Source: Octopus sinensis (taxonomy: Eukaryota). From it: DNA of 64,000 bases. The stretch spans positions 44,640,001 through 44,704,000 of the forward strand of contig NC_043010.1 of NCBI RefSeq assembly GCF_006345805.1, written 5' to 3'. The stretch's first letter is position 1, and each line of letters starts with the position of its first letter. The position numbers were made by a program, and so were the translations under genes. Of this stretch, positions 51,030 to 64,000 are shown in pieces. Below the pieces are notes generated by a model. It was given only the letters and a program-made list of their open reading frames with translations, did not search any database and had not been told where the DNA came from.

Positions 51030-54000
51030 TAGATATGTTTCGACCAAAGATTGGTCCAGGCCATGTCTAACTTAATAGCACCACCTGATAGGATTATTCG
51101 AATCCTGTTTAAGTCAAGTTTTGTTTGAGTCAAGTTTTGTTCAAGTAGTGAGTTCTTGTTGGGTGAGTTGTATCCAATTAGGGGTGGTTATCTGGTATTC
51201 TTTGAAGGAATCTATCCAGACTCTGTTTAAAGTTGATGGGATCCTTTTCCTCTTTGATCTCCCTCGGGACAATGTTAAATAGGGCAGGCCTGTTGAGGAA
51301 AAGAAATTATGTTGCAGTGTGCATGTATGTTGTGATCTTGAATGGCAGGGGACGTATAGCCCGTGGTCCAAGTCTTGGATGAACCTTGAAGCTAATGTTT
51401 AGGTCGTTTGGGCAAAGTTGGCGGTATATTTTCCACATCGTACAAATGATGTACCGCTCACGGCGACGCTGGAGGGAGTAAAGTTTCAAGGCTTTAAGGC
51501 GATCCCAATAATCGAGAGCAGCCATGTCTTCAATTTGTTTAGTGAGTGCCCTCTGGGGTGACTCAATTCTGGAGATGTTTTGTCTTGTGTGAGGAGACCA
51601 CAGTGGGTAGCAGTATTCAAGATGTGGCCGTACAAAGGAGGAAAAAAGTGGTATGATGACACCTTGTTCTCTGGACCGGAAAGTTCTTAAGATCCAGGAA
51701 CTCATCCTACGAGCTATATCGACCTTCTTGTTGATGTGTGCACTCCAACTGAGATCGTTATCAACAATTACACCCAGGTCTCTGATATTGTTAGAGGCTG
51801 TGAGCGGTTCCCTTGAAGGAAGAGAGTATGGTTGTTTTAGTGAGGAATTTCTTCCAAAATGCATCAGCTCAAATTTTCCCTCATTCAGTTGCATTTTGTT
51901 TCTGTCTGCCCATTGACTCACAGCATATAGATCAGACTGGAGTTGAGTTCGGTCTGCTTCTTCATTGACGATTTGCTGGAGCTTAGTGTCATCAGCAAAT
52001 ATTTTCACTTTGCAGTAATGTACGACACTGGAAAGGTCGTTTAAGTAAATTATGAAGAGTAGCGGACCCAAAACAGTTCCCTGGGGAACACCGCTGGTGA
52101 CTTTTGCTGGGTTTGAGTGGACTCCATCAACTACAACATGTTGTGTTCTATTCGCCAGGAAATACTTTATCCAGTGTAGAACTTTTCCACGGATTCCAAC
52201 ATTTGCCAATTTTGAGAGTAGGATGTTATGGTCTACCCTGTCGAACGCTTTACTGAAGTCAAGATATATGACGTCAGAGTTCGAACCTGTTCCCAAGGCT
52301 TTGAGTACATCTTCAATGTGGCGTAAGAGCTGTGTTAGACAGTCCCTGCCACAGCGAAAGCCATGCTGATTTGCATTTAGGAGTTTGTGGGTCTCCAGGA
52401 AGTCAGCTATCCTTGATCTTAACACTCTTTCAAACACTTTAATGATGTAGGAGGTGAGTGAGATTGGGCGATAGTTGACTGCGAGGGATCTGTTTCCCTG
52501 TTTGAAAACCGGGATGACCGACTGGGATAGAAACTGTTTCGGTATATAACCTGCGTCTAACGAATTTCTCCAGAGGTTGGTCAGAGGGACTGCAAGTTGG
52601 TATCTACATTCCTTCAGGAGACTAGCGGGAAATCTATCAGGCCTACAGCAGAGTAATGTTTGACCTCATTTATGCTACTACAATGTCAGTGGCAGTGAAG
52701 GTTATATCTGAGATTTTGTGTTGGGAGTCAACTTCGTTCGTTTCCCTTACGTCAATATCAGTGGGAACACTAAGACAGAGCAGTATTGTTTCTGCAGTAT
52801 TTCTGCCATTTCTTTAGCATCGTGTTGGGGAATGCCGTTATCATCAATCAATGGCCCAATGGGTGAGACAGTGGTTCTATGCTTATTTGCATAAGAATAG
52901 AACACTTTTGGGTTCTGTTTGATGTTTTTGATTACCCATTGTTCCTCCACAGCTCTTTGATTTTCATGGAGGTTTTCATGTTGTTCTGCAGATGAAGTTT
53001 TTCCAGCTCTAGTCTTTTCATTGTTGTTGAATGTGGATGTTGTGTTGTGTGGGATATTTTAATTGGTTGATTTTTTTGTTGAGTCTTTTGATGCGCCTGA
53101 TGAGGGTTTTTTTTTTTAGGGAGCCGATTTCTGTTTGTGTTAGTAGATTTCTTGGGAGCGTGTTTAGAGCATGTATAGGTGACAATGTTTTCAAAGTGCT
53201 GCCACGCGGTCTCAATATGAGAGAATTGAGAGTAAAAGACTAGTCGATGGAAGACAGATCCTTTCTGATTGTTCCCCAGTCCGCTTTGTGGAAGTTTATG
53301 TTGTCAAATGGGTGCCATGGAGTGGGATTGGCTGGTTTGGTTTTTATATGCGGGAATTAAGATTGCAGAGTACCATGTCGTGGTCTGAGAGGAGAGTTTT
53401 TTCGACTGAAATACTGTGAACGTAGCTAGAGTGATTGGTCAATACCAGATCCAAGATCGTTTTATTCTGTCTCGTTGGTTCAAGCACTAGCTGAGTCAGG
53501 AAATACTCATCCATCAGATTAAAGAGCAGTTCTGCTGCTGCTCTATCTGATGTAGAGCACTTGCCTAACTTCAGAGTATTTGTGGGCCAGTTCACATGAG
53601 GGAGGTTAAAATCACCCATCACTAGTAAGTTTCCGGAGTGGTACTTCCGAAGGAAGGACTTGACTTTGCTAAGGCACTCTTCAAAGTACTTTAGAGGTGC
53701 TTGGGGAGGCCTGTAAAGACCAACAATGGTTATGTCCTTGGCTTTGTTGTATAGTGATACCGATTCACAGTAGCCATTGGAAAATATGTCCTTGGCATCA
53801 AGTGAAAAGGAGTCATGGATAAAGATGGCTGTCCCTCCCTTATTTCGGTCTGTGCGATCCGCACGAACAATGGTGAAATCTTTTATTTTCACCTCTGCGT
53901 CCATATGGGTGTTGTTCAGGTGAGTCTTGGTAAGGATAAGAAAGGGAAGCAATGTGCCATTTCGGCAAGCCAACTCTCTATATATGGGATCTTCCATTTT

Positions 54001-54460
54001 TGGGCAATAATTGATGGGTTGATGCCACGTACATTTAACAGGAATGTCGAGGTAAGGGAAGTTGGTAATGGGTGAGTGGTCCTGTGATTTGCATAGATGG
54101 TTGGTGATAGCTCGCTGGATCTCCTGGCTTAGTCGGCCTTCATATTTTCTAGGTATGTCAGTAAAAAAGAGTTACTTGTTTGGTTTGCCACTTGGTCAGG
54201 GGATACATATTTCATGTTGGCGTGTTTGGTGTTTTTTCATGGTTCTGTCTACGTTGTTTGATTGTGGGAGGGGAAACGTGGTTGTATTTTGTTCTGTTGT
54301 TGTCCTAGATTTCCTCTGTTCCTGTTTATATTTATTCTGTGATCGTTTTGTGCCCTTCAGATGGTGGTGGTTGCATTCTGGGTTCAGGCACATCCTTTGT
54401 GAGACAAAAGTTTGGCACAGTTTAGGATGGAATAAGGTGCATCCATTGTCTTTTATGCAT
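51030..54460 (-). mobile_element. CR1-clade LINE (second family): ORF1 remnant, APE and RT
   Basis: GLYRPP, VMGDFNLP, LDLVLTN, SDHDMV, YLDFSKAFDRVDH, GVPQGTVLGPLLF, FADDTK and YWDRLKALKLYSLQRRRERY; a 376-aa stretch is still open. Confidence 0.92.
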
Positions 54461-54496
54461 CATATATATAATATATATATCAATATATATATATAT

Positions 54497-54554
<58 letters not shown>

Positions 54555-54574
54555 ACTTTACCTTTAATTTATGT

Positions 54575-54895
54575 CATTAAACTGTGGTCATCCTGGGGCA
54601 CCGTTGAAGAATTTTCAGTCAAATGTACAGACCCCAGTTCTTATTTTTTAAAATCTGATAGTGTTATATCGGTCTCTTTTACAGAAACAGTGATGAGTGA
54701 CAAAGACACAAAGATACACACGCACATGCACACACATATATACATATATACGAAGGCTTCTTTCAGTTTCCGTCCACCAAATTCCCTCAGAAGTCTGTGG
54801 TCAGCTCCTGGCTATAGTCTGACCAAAGGGTTACGCAGTCAGTGTGAACTCTGAACTACGTAGTTGGGATGCAAGCTTCTTATCACACCGGCACA
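54575..54895 (-). mobile_element. Degraded tRNA-derived SINE
   Basis: CTTCTTTCAGTTTCCGTC and other blocks of the 3410/8050 family. Confidence 0.65.
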
Positions 54896-55354
54896 CTTTT
54901 ATATAACCATTTTGGGAACGGGGTAGCAAATGCGATCTCTACAATACCGAAAAACTAAAATTCATAGCATCAGCAATAAATATTTTAAATGTCAGGGAAA
55001 AAGCTTTCTCATCCTGCATGTACAAACAACAATTCATACTTCGAAATTTCAAGCGTGCTTCCCACCCACTTTGCCATCCCTCCAACCTTGATAAGTTTTT
55101 CTCTGGACATCGATTATATGCATTACATGAACATTATACATGAAAGGTATATGCTCCCATAAACTTATGCTGGAAGCCTTTATTACACAGATATATGTGC
55201 ATTGCACATATTCATAACACCACGAGAAAAATACATATATACATGAAGTTATGAATTTACAACTCCATGGGCTAAGTTTGGTGTCAAAATCTGTGGAACG
55301 TCACATTTATGTTCACATACTAAAATGCGAACAAAACGCATAATGCAGGTGTGA

Positions 55355-55387
<33 letters not shown>

Positions 55388-55540
55388 TGTATGTATGTAT
55401 GTATGTATGTATGTATGTATGTATGTATGTATGCATGCATGCATGCATGCATGTATGCATGTATCTATGGATGTGTGTGTGTGTGTGTCTGCGTGTGGGT
55501 GTGAGTGTATGCCTGTATGTATGTGAGTGTGTGTATATAT
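55355..55540. repeat. (TATG)n/(TG)n microsatellite
   Basis: Seen directly. Confidence 0.9.
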
Positions 55541-56329
55541 TTTGCATGGATGTGCATGTGCATATAATTGTGTATTTAAATTTATAAATTTTGACGTGAA
55601 CGAGTTTTCTCACATAAGATGTTTAAGGAATTAATTAATTCATGGTGAACGCACTTCCTTGCAAAAATCCCAGGTATAATGCAAGGGGGAAACAAGATGT
55701 TCTTTGAAGTTACCTCCCATGATCTGTATAATTATTCAGCCTGATATCCCGTATAGTCTCGTGTAACATTCTGTATTCCCATCCAAAATGGACGGGAATG
55801 CATCTCATATTTGTGAAATTTGTCCGCAGATATGCTCACGCTATGCTTGATTTAGTTTGACAATCATTGCAAACCAGGTAAGACATGTTTTGTTGAAGCT
55901 TTAACTATTTCTTATGAAAATTGGTATTTTCAACGCACCCTTAATGTCTATGTTATGAGGACAATAATGGAACACCTCTCCGAGTGGTATATGATAATCG
56001 TTACAAAAACTGTGACGTAGGAAATCGAGTGGTCGAGAGTTGGCGAAGTAGGTCATAGATAGTCATCTCTTTATTTGTATAACTATACTGCTATACCGGA
56101 GTGGATGTTATAACAGTCCGACAATGGATTACAATAGTTTAATTGTGAGGTAAGATGGGTCAAGATCACTTTTTGTCAAGCATGGTCAACGAACTGTAAA
56201 AATAAAACTTCATTGTATGTTTGCTCTTTATGGAACTTTGTCATAACAATTCTACACTTATAACTGATGGCAATTCTGAAAATGCTTTTCCCAGGTGATA
56301 ACTGACTTGAATATATGTTTTCTATTTCA

Positions 56330-57000
56330 GAAATATGATGAAGAAGAAAGTGCAAAAACAGCCTCGCCGTTTTCTGCTATATTTGTAAATGTTACACTTT
56401 GCCTAGGCAGCGAAGCAAAATGACAGATTTCTAAAGAAAGCTTACATGAATGAATTTGGCATGAAACTGGGCACCCTATACAGTGTGTAAAACGTGTTGA
56501 AATACTGAGACAGTGACTGTTTCAAGTACTTAGGTAGAAAGTTCCCACACTTGTCTTCTAAGAAAATTAAAGTTGGTGTATTCGACGGGCCACAGATTAG
56601 GTGGCTATTGCAAGACGAACAGTTTTTAGAAATCATGCTTGGTGCTGAAAAAGAAACATGGAATGCTTTTGCTGCAGTTGTATCTGATTTCCTTGGAAAC
56701 AGGAAATCATTAAATTATGAAGAACTTGTGCAGGTTCCGTTAAGCAGTTTTCGAGCACTGGGCTGCAACATGGACTTCTTCCCTGAAAATTGTAAGTGCA
56801 ATAATTGATGAGTAAAGAGAAAGATTCCATCAAGACATTGGGATCATAAAGATTACGTATCAAGGCAGCTGGAACACAAACATGATGACTGATTATTGCT
56901 GGTTTCTGCAAAGAGACTGTCATGATGCAAGTTATTCACGCAAAGTAGCAAAGAGAAAGTTCACTCCTTGAGTAGTTGAAATTCCAGTTTGACAGAAATA
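56330..57000 (+). mobile_element. Second Chapaev3-like transposase relic, internally deleted
   Basis: FCYIC N-terminus joined to KIKVGVFDGPQIR, DFFPEN, ERFHQDI and RYQGSW...MMTDYCW. Confidence 0.65.
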
Positions 57001-57109
57001 TCTATCCTAAGTTGTGTGATGAAACGTTTTGTGTAATATATTAGTTAAACAATAAAAAGTACTATTTAGTTTGTGTTTGTATTTTTTTTTATTTCAGTGT
57101 TGCATTTAA

Positions 57110-57600
<491 letters not shown>

Positions 57601-58230
57601 TCAAGCGGAGATAAAATTGGGGAAGTGAGATGGTGGAGAGGCCACTAGCATTTTGGAACACTGTCATATTCTCTGATGAATCCAGATTTGCACTATTTCC
57701 TGACAGTGGTCTGGAGACTGAATTTGATGTGAAAACATTGCAGCCAACAATGAAACACGGTAGCTATTCAGTGATGGTCTGGAGAGCAATTTGGAACAAT
57801 AGTTGACAGAGCTGGTGGAATGTGAGGGAAACATAAACTCAGATAAATATGTGTTAGTATTGCAGAAAGGATTCCTTCCAATCTTCTTCAGTAGTGAAAT
57901 AATTAATGACGATTCTTTATTTATGGAAGATGGGGCTCCTTGACACACGGCTAAAATGACCCAAGATTAGTTGGATGAGAATGACATTAAAACGCTTCCC
58001 TGGCCAAGCCAGTCACGTTATGGAACACCTCTGGGGCATAATGAACAGGACACTTCATAAAAAGAACAAGACAGCATCTTCGAAACCAGATCTTTTGAAA
58101 TTATCACAGGAAACTTGGCAAGAAATTCCGCAAGAGAATATTCGTCATCGCATCAGTAACATGCCTGATAAGGTCTTTGCATTGAAAAATGCAAAGGGCA
58201 TGTCTACTAAATATTAAATATTCACATTAT
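57601..58230 (+). mobile_element. Tc1 (DD34E) transposase relic
   Basis: FSDESRF, VMVW, FMEDGAP, WPSQS, EHLW and MPDKV...AKGMSTKY. Confidence 0.82.
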
Positions 58231-58599
58231 AACAATTAATAAATAATTTGAATGCATAATTTCAGATTTAAATAGATTTTAATGATTATAAGGGTATCTA
58301 TTTCAGTCATGTCTGTATATATATATATACTTAAATATAGACACATACTATATAAATAAATACTTAGAGAAATACATACATAAATACATATGCACAATAC
58401 AAATAAATGTACGAAGAGGAATATATACACACACGTATCTTTAGGGATATACACAGAGATTTGGTTTGCAAGATTATTTAAGTGAGTTCGTGTGTTGAAG
58501 CATATTTTATTGTGTCTCGGGAGAGTCATTGTCTTTTAGTGCCTTATTATTTAACAAACTCACCGGTAAAGTTTCCACGCATTTACTTATTTATTTCTT

Positions 58600-58636
58600 C
58601 TAAAATTTTCGTTGCGTCTTGCAACCTTGTCAATAG
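58600..58636 (-). ncRNA. Hammerhead-like motif with a U3-A8 core variant
   Basis: CTA-TTGACAA-G-GTTGC-AAGAC-GCAAC-GAAAATTT-TAG; the module abuts (TA)n. Confidence 0.4.
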
Positions 58637-58644
58637 TCGTTGAT

Positions 58645-58789
<145 letters not shown>

Positions 58790-58806
58790 TATAATATATA
58801 TATATT

Positions 58807-58958
58807 GACTGTGTGGTAAGACGCTTGCTTCCCAACCACACGGTTCCGGGTTCAGTCCCACTGCGTGTCACCTTGGGCAAGTGTCTTCTACTACAGCCTC
58901 GGGCCGGACCAAAGTCTTGTGTGTGGATTTGGTGGATGGAAACTGAAAGAAGCCCGTC

Positions 58959-59023
<65 letters not shown>

Positions 59024-59300
59024 GTGTGTGTGTGTGTGTGTGTTTAGGTCAAGTTGATATCAGTCCTAGTACAACTGTCAGATAACACCACAAACTTGGT
59101 TACTATGGCGGAGCAGCAAGGACGAAGTTACTTCTTCGACCAACCAACATCAAGCGGAGAAAAGATTGGGCTAGTGAGATGGTGGAGAGGCCATTGGCAT
59201 GTTGGACGCCACGTTGATGTTGGTGTGTTTACGTCCCCGTAATCTAGCGGTTCGGCAAAAGAAGTCGATACAATAAGTATTAGGCTTACAAAGAATAAAA
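58807..59300 (+). mobile_element. tRNA-derived SINE with internal microsatellite and an embedded Tc1 fragment (59045-59210)
   Basis: Canonical head at 58807-58960; the SINE body resumes at about 59210; the insert overlaps the Tc1 sequence at 57601-57660. Confidence 0.78.
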
Positions 59301-59301
59301 G

Positions 59302-59384
<83 letters not shown>

Positions 59385-59385
<1 letters not shown>

Positions 59386-59595
59386 TTAATCCAAACATGA
59401 AAACACAAAGAGAAAACACAACAAGGGGAGGACGTGGAACAAGTATAGTGTTATTGGACGCTCAGGAAAGGAAAGAATGAAAGAGGATTTAACGTTCCGA
59501 GCGGAGCTCTTCGTCAGAAACATAGGAAAAAGAAAGATCTAAGGAAGGGAAGACGGAGGAAAAAAAATCGCCAACGATTCACACGCGGTCACCCC
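59385..59595 (-). mobile_element. Penelope-like terminal module with a mutated hammerhead (59488-59521)
   Basis: Homologous to 44390-44580; core CTGACGA...GGAAC (GAAA changed to GGAA); abuts (TA)n. Confidence 0.65.
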
Positions 59596-59901
59596 CCACC
59601 ACATATATATAAACACACATATGCATTACTGCATAGATACTCTCCCATATTGATAGTAGGACCATTCTTAGGTATATAGTCCATCGTTCAAGTAGTCTTT
59701 ATCAGTAGCCTGCTAAACACTATTCTAAAGGTTTCAATTAAGCTTTGTAGAAGAAACAGCAACTGCGTAGAACTAAGGCATTTCCTTACTTCTAAGATAT
59801 AGTTTTGGCAATGTTTGGTCTACGAGAAGACATAGCTGAAACGAAATTGTAGTCATTGGAACAGCGTTTTCTCTAAAATTATTTTATAGCAAGGTTATAT
59901 A

Positions 59902-61190
59902 CAAGGGACGTTCAATAAGTAATGCCTCTGACCCACTTGCAGTTGTTTGATCAAGCTGAAATTTTGCATGTGCAATCATTTATATCTATATAGAGTAAGT
60001 GGCAAATTACAGCTCTGAATTAATTGTGGTTTCTGATTTACAGGTGTTTGAACCGAGTCAAGTGTGAAATGGAGCCTGTTGAGTGTCGAGCAGTGATCCG
60101 GTTTTTGTATTTGAAAGGACGCACACCACGGGAGACTTTTGATGAAATGAAAGTAACTTATAGTGATGATGCCCCATCATATGACCTTGTAAAACGCTGG
60201 CATCGTGAATTCAAACATGGTCGGAACTCTGTGGAAACAGCTCCCAGATCTGGTCGCCCCTTCTGCCATTGATGAGGCATCTGTCCGTCAAGTTGAGGCT
60301 GCCATTTTGGAAGATCGACGCATAACTATTCGCCAAATAGCCCATGAGGTCAAGATTAGTACCGGGTCTGTGGAAACTATCATTCATGACCATTTGCATA
60401 TGCAAAAGGTGTCTGCCAGATGGATTCCCAGGTTGCTCACGCCTTTCCAGAAGCAAGAACGCGTCGGGTGCTCGAGGGTGAATTTGGAGATGTGCCAAGA
60501 AGATGAGTCAAAATTTTTCAAAAGACTGATTACACAGGATGAAACCTGGGTCCATCACGAGGATCCAGAGACCAAAGCCCAGTCAATGCAGTGGAAGCAC
60601 CGTGACTCACCCCTCCAAAGAAGGCAAGGGTGTAACCCTCCGCTGGCAAGGTCATGCTCACAGTCTTCTGGGACCAGGACGGAGTAGTGATGACAGATTT
60701 CCTGGCAAAGGGTACCACAATTGCAGGAGCCTATTATGCTTCACTTTTGAGGAAATTAAGAGAAGTTATCAAAATCAAGAGGCGGGGCAAGATCAGCAAA
60801 GGCATCCTCCTCCTGCAGGACAACGCTCCGGTCCACAACTCGCTTGTCGCCAGATCAGAAGCACAGGCGTATGGCTATGAACTCCTCCCCCATCCCCCTA
60901 CTTTCCTGACCTTGCACTCTCTGATTTTCACCTCTTCCCAGTCATGAAGTTGTTTTTGAAAGGAAAGCGTTTCCCAGATGATGCAGCCTTGATTTCTGAA
61001 GTCGCGTTCAGGCTGGAGGACCAAGCTGGGGTCTTCTATAAAAACGGTCTCCAGAGCTGCATCAAACAATGGGAGAAATGCGTAACTCTGGGTGGTTCCT
61101 ATGTAGAAAAAGACTAATAACTGTGCCAAGTTTCGTTGCTCTACTGCTATGGGAAGTGGGTCAGGGGCATTACTTATTGAACGCCCCTCG
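59902..61190 (+). mobile_element. Full-length mariner (DD34D) element with frameshifted transposase (about 60069-61117)
   Basis: TIRs CAAGGGACGTTCAATAAGTAATGCC and GGCATTACTTATTGAACGCCCCTCG with TA duplications. Peptides MEPVECRAVIRFL, WIPRLL, ITQDETW and LLQDNAP. Confidence 0.93.
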
Positions 61191-61239
61191 TACATGCATA
61201 CATACATACATTATTGTTATATTCCTTCATATTTTTTTT

Positions 61240-61456
61240 TGTACTTGTTTCAGTCATTTGATTGCGGCCATGCTGGAGCACCGCCTTTAGAGTGGTGAAA
61301 GAGTACAGCAGGGATCACCACCATCCCCTGCCGGAGCCTCGTGGAGCTTTTAGGTGTTTTCGCTCAATAAACACACACAACGCCCGGTCTGGGAATCGAA
61401 ACCGCGATCCTCCGACCGCAAGTCCGCTGCCCTAACCACTGGGCCATTGCGCCTCC
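61240..61456 (-). mobile_element. tRNA-derived SINE head (third family) plus SINE tail fragment
   Basis: Minus-strand A box TGGCCCAGTGGTTAGG and B box GGTTTCGATTCCC; tail GGCGGTGCTCCAGCATGGCCGC at 61240-61290. Confidence 0.72.
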
Positions 61457-62510
61457 CTACTTACAAAGCTTTATTTTCCCATGTGCATCGTAATTTAGAC
61501 GTAAATGAAGGGAAATAATTACAATAGCAACGGAATTCAAGTCACAGCCTTGAATTTTTGGGAGACAATCGATGCTATTTTGGACATACTGTCATAATAT
61601 GGGAAAATGATTGAGCTTAAAAAGTGGAATAATGAATGCCGGAATGTGGTAGTTGAAGGGAAGATTGGCATTCTATCGCTAACTTCTGATATGCGAGAGG
61701 AATTTGAATAGCAATCAAGAAAAAATACTCGTTCATTTTGTTTTGCCCAAGCTAGAATCGTTGCCTAAGGGGATAAACTCCCAATTAAACGAAATGCCTC
61801 TTAAAGGGGCTGTACTCTTACATTCTTCGGGAAGGCCCTTTTCGCTATCATTTTGTTTTTATCCTCCAATCTTCAACAACTTTAGCGCAATCATCGCGGC
61901 AGCATAACAGAAAGAGAAGAAAAAACCGACGGACATGTCTGCCATATACAACCATGTACCGATATATATCGAAAATATTTCACAATTCCGCGGCTGATGA
62001 AAAAATAAAAAAGTGCTTTGACCAAGGTGGACTGAGTGCTCAAAGATTTTGTAAGCAGATACATATTCTTTAAATAGTATAATCACCAAAATGAATTACT
62101 CTAGGTTACAGATAAAAAAAGCGACTATGATCAAATAATTGGGGGCGTTTGGATCGAGACGAATGATTTTTCTTGATGTTTCTAACTGAATTAGTAAAAC
62201 GTTGTTTTCTTCTTTTTTTGATAAAATGTTCATTCATTCAAGTAGATTGCTTTTATAGTAATTTTCTTTGGAATTACTGCAATTTTACTCACAGGTAGCA
62301 AGATTGTTCATTCTGTTTTTAAGTTACCAGTCAACTTTGTATATAATATCAGTCCTGTTTGCTGTATTAGTCAATTCCTTGACATGTTGGTTCACACATA
62401 GCACAGCATAAAATATATACACAAGATTAATTATGTACAAAAAACTATGTGAAAAAATGTTATTCAAGCTTAATGAAAAGTGTCTCTACATATTCGGCAC
62501 ACATGCAATT

Positions 62511-62663
<153 letters not shown>

Positions 62664-62729
62664 ATATCTATATTATATTATTATATATATATATATGTAA
62701 TATATATATATTATATATAATAAATATTA

Positions 62730-64000
62730 GGGAATAAATCCAAATTTACAGGAAAAAAATCAGATTTAGTATTAAATCCAATTTTATAGTAAAATATTAT
62801 AAAATATTATTAGAGACAAAACCACTATTTTGCAAAACAAACAAGGAAAGATTAATCAATACATAAAATTTTAATAAATAGTCAAAAAAACCGCCACTAC
62901 AATCGTTTCTTGTCTTGATCGACAATCTTCAGGTGGACTTCCAATCTAAAAAATCAATATTTAAAATATAAAAATAATAATTTTAAAATAATTAAAGTAT
63001 GAATGAAAAAATATAAGTATATAATCCATATATAACCTATATATATCCATATATAATCATATATAAACAATATATAAACTAAAAAAAACCTATCAACAAT
63101 AAAATATAAACTATAAAATATAAAATATAAAATAAAACCAAACAAAAAATAATAAAATAATAATAATATAATAATAAACTATATATACACCCATACACAT
63201 ATACCTAATTATATATAACCATATCTAACTACATACACTAAATCACACACCTATATATATATCCCTATACATACACATAAAACGTCTAGGCAACTATAAA
63301 TAAATAAATAGCTAAATACTTCAACACAATACTTATTCATACTCCCACAACACACACATACAACCCACATTCACGCTCTAGAAAACGGACATCACTCAAA
63401 ACTATGAACGGAGAAATGGAATAAATGGAATTAAAAATTATATTCACTTGGTAAAACGAACACTACTTAAAAATTATGAATGAAACAATGCAATAAAACA
63501 ACAGACATCGCAAATAGACACAAATTACTACGAATTCCTTAACAAACCTATCATGATAAACCAAAAACTCATAAAAATATAATGATAAAATCTCCCTTTA
63601 CTAAACTCTATAACAAACCTATATAGCAATCCCCCTAACCTAAACATTCACACACAAATACACACACGTAAACCACACACCCACGACATATACAAATACC
63701 CACACCACTTACACATACCAATACATACATATAAACCTCAACATATACTCCAAAAACCCACTCAACCCCACACAGACAAATAAACACAAAATTATGAATG
63801 GATTCTTTTATAAAACTACCCTGATAAGCTAAAACTCACAAAACAGAAATGATAAAACCTCCCTTTACTAAACACTATAACATACTTATATAGCAATCCC
63901 TTTAACCTATACATTCACACACAAAAACACACACGTAAACCACACACCCATAACAAATACAAACACTCACCCCACTCACACACACCCACCAGTACATATA
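62730..64000 (-). mobile_element. Penelope-like element terminal region with ~267-bp tandem repeat
   Basis: Starts at (TA)n, contains the hammerhead and shows strong A/C strand skew. The unit GATAAAAnCTCCCTTTACTAAA...CACACCCA occurs at about 63584 and about 63851. Confidence 0.5.
62894..62936 (-). ncRNA. Type I hammerhead ribozyme motif with intact core
   Basis: CCAC-CTGAAGA-TTGTC-GATCAA-GACAA-GAAAC-GATT-GTA-GTGG; all three stems pair and the cleavage triplet is GUA. Confidence 0.7.

Noticed and set aside
60069-61117. SETMAR-like domesticated transposase gene
   Set aside because: It is flanked by TIRs and TA duplications, has several frameshifts and has no SET domain; it is an ordinary dead mariner.
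61380-61456. tRNA gene on the minus strand
   Set aside because: It has A and B boxes, but the acceptor stem does not pair and it continues into SINE body sequence.

Overview
This is AT-rich, repeat-dense animal DNA. The SINE/LINE families and very long (TA)n tracts suggest an octopus or other coleoid cephalopod (inference). Two small intron-rich host genes, reconstructed by hand and largely invisible in the ORF track, lie head-to-head. One is a 6-exon fucose mutarotase (FUOM, minus strand, CDS 9335->2042, 146 aa). The other is a 4-exon V-ATPase V0 subunit e (ATP6V0E, plus strand, CDS 18550->29081, 84 aa) with a MiT/TFE-type GTCATGTGAC box just upstream of its ATG. A near full-length Tx1-clade LINE lies between them, ending about 105 bp from the FUOM start codon. 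From about 30 kb onward the window appears intergenic: CR1, RTE and Penelope-like retroelements, mariner/Tc1, piggyBac and Chapaev3-like DNA transposon relics, MITEs, tRNA-derived SINEs and microsatellites. The most unusual signal is eight hammerhead-ribozyme-like motifs in short Penelope-like modules that mostly abut (TA)n tracts, several with non-canonical cores. One module (57.1-57.6 kb) couples a tRNA-derived Pol III head to a hammerhead tail and carries a head-to-head inverted copy of that head, making it a candidate Penelope-mobilised, ribozyme-bearing SINE. All calls were made by eye without database searches, and repeat boundaries are approximate.
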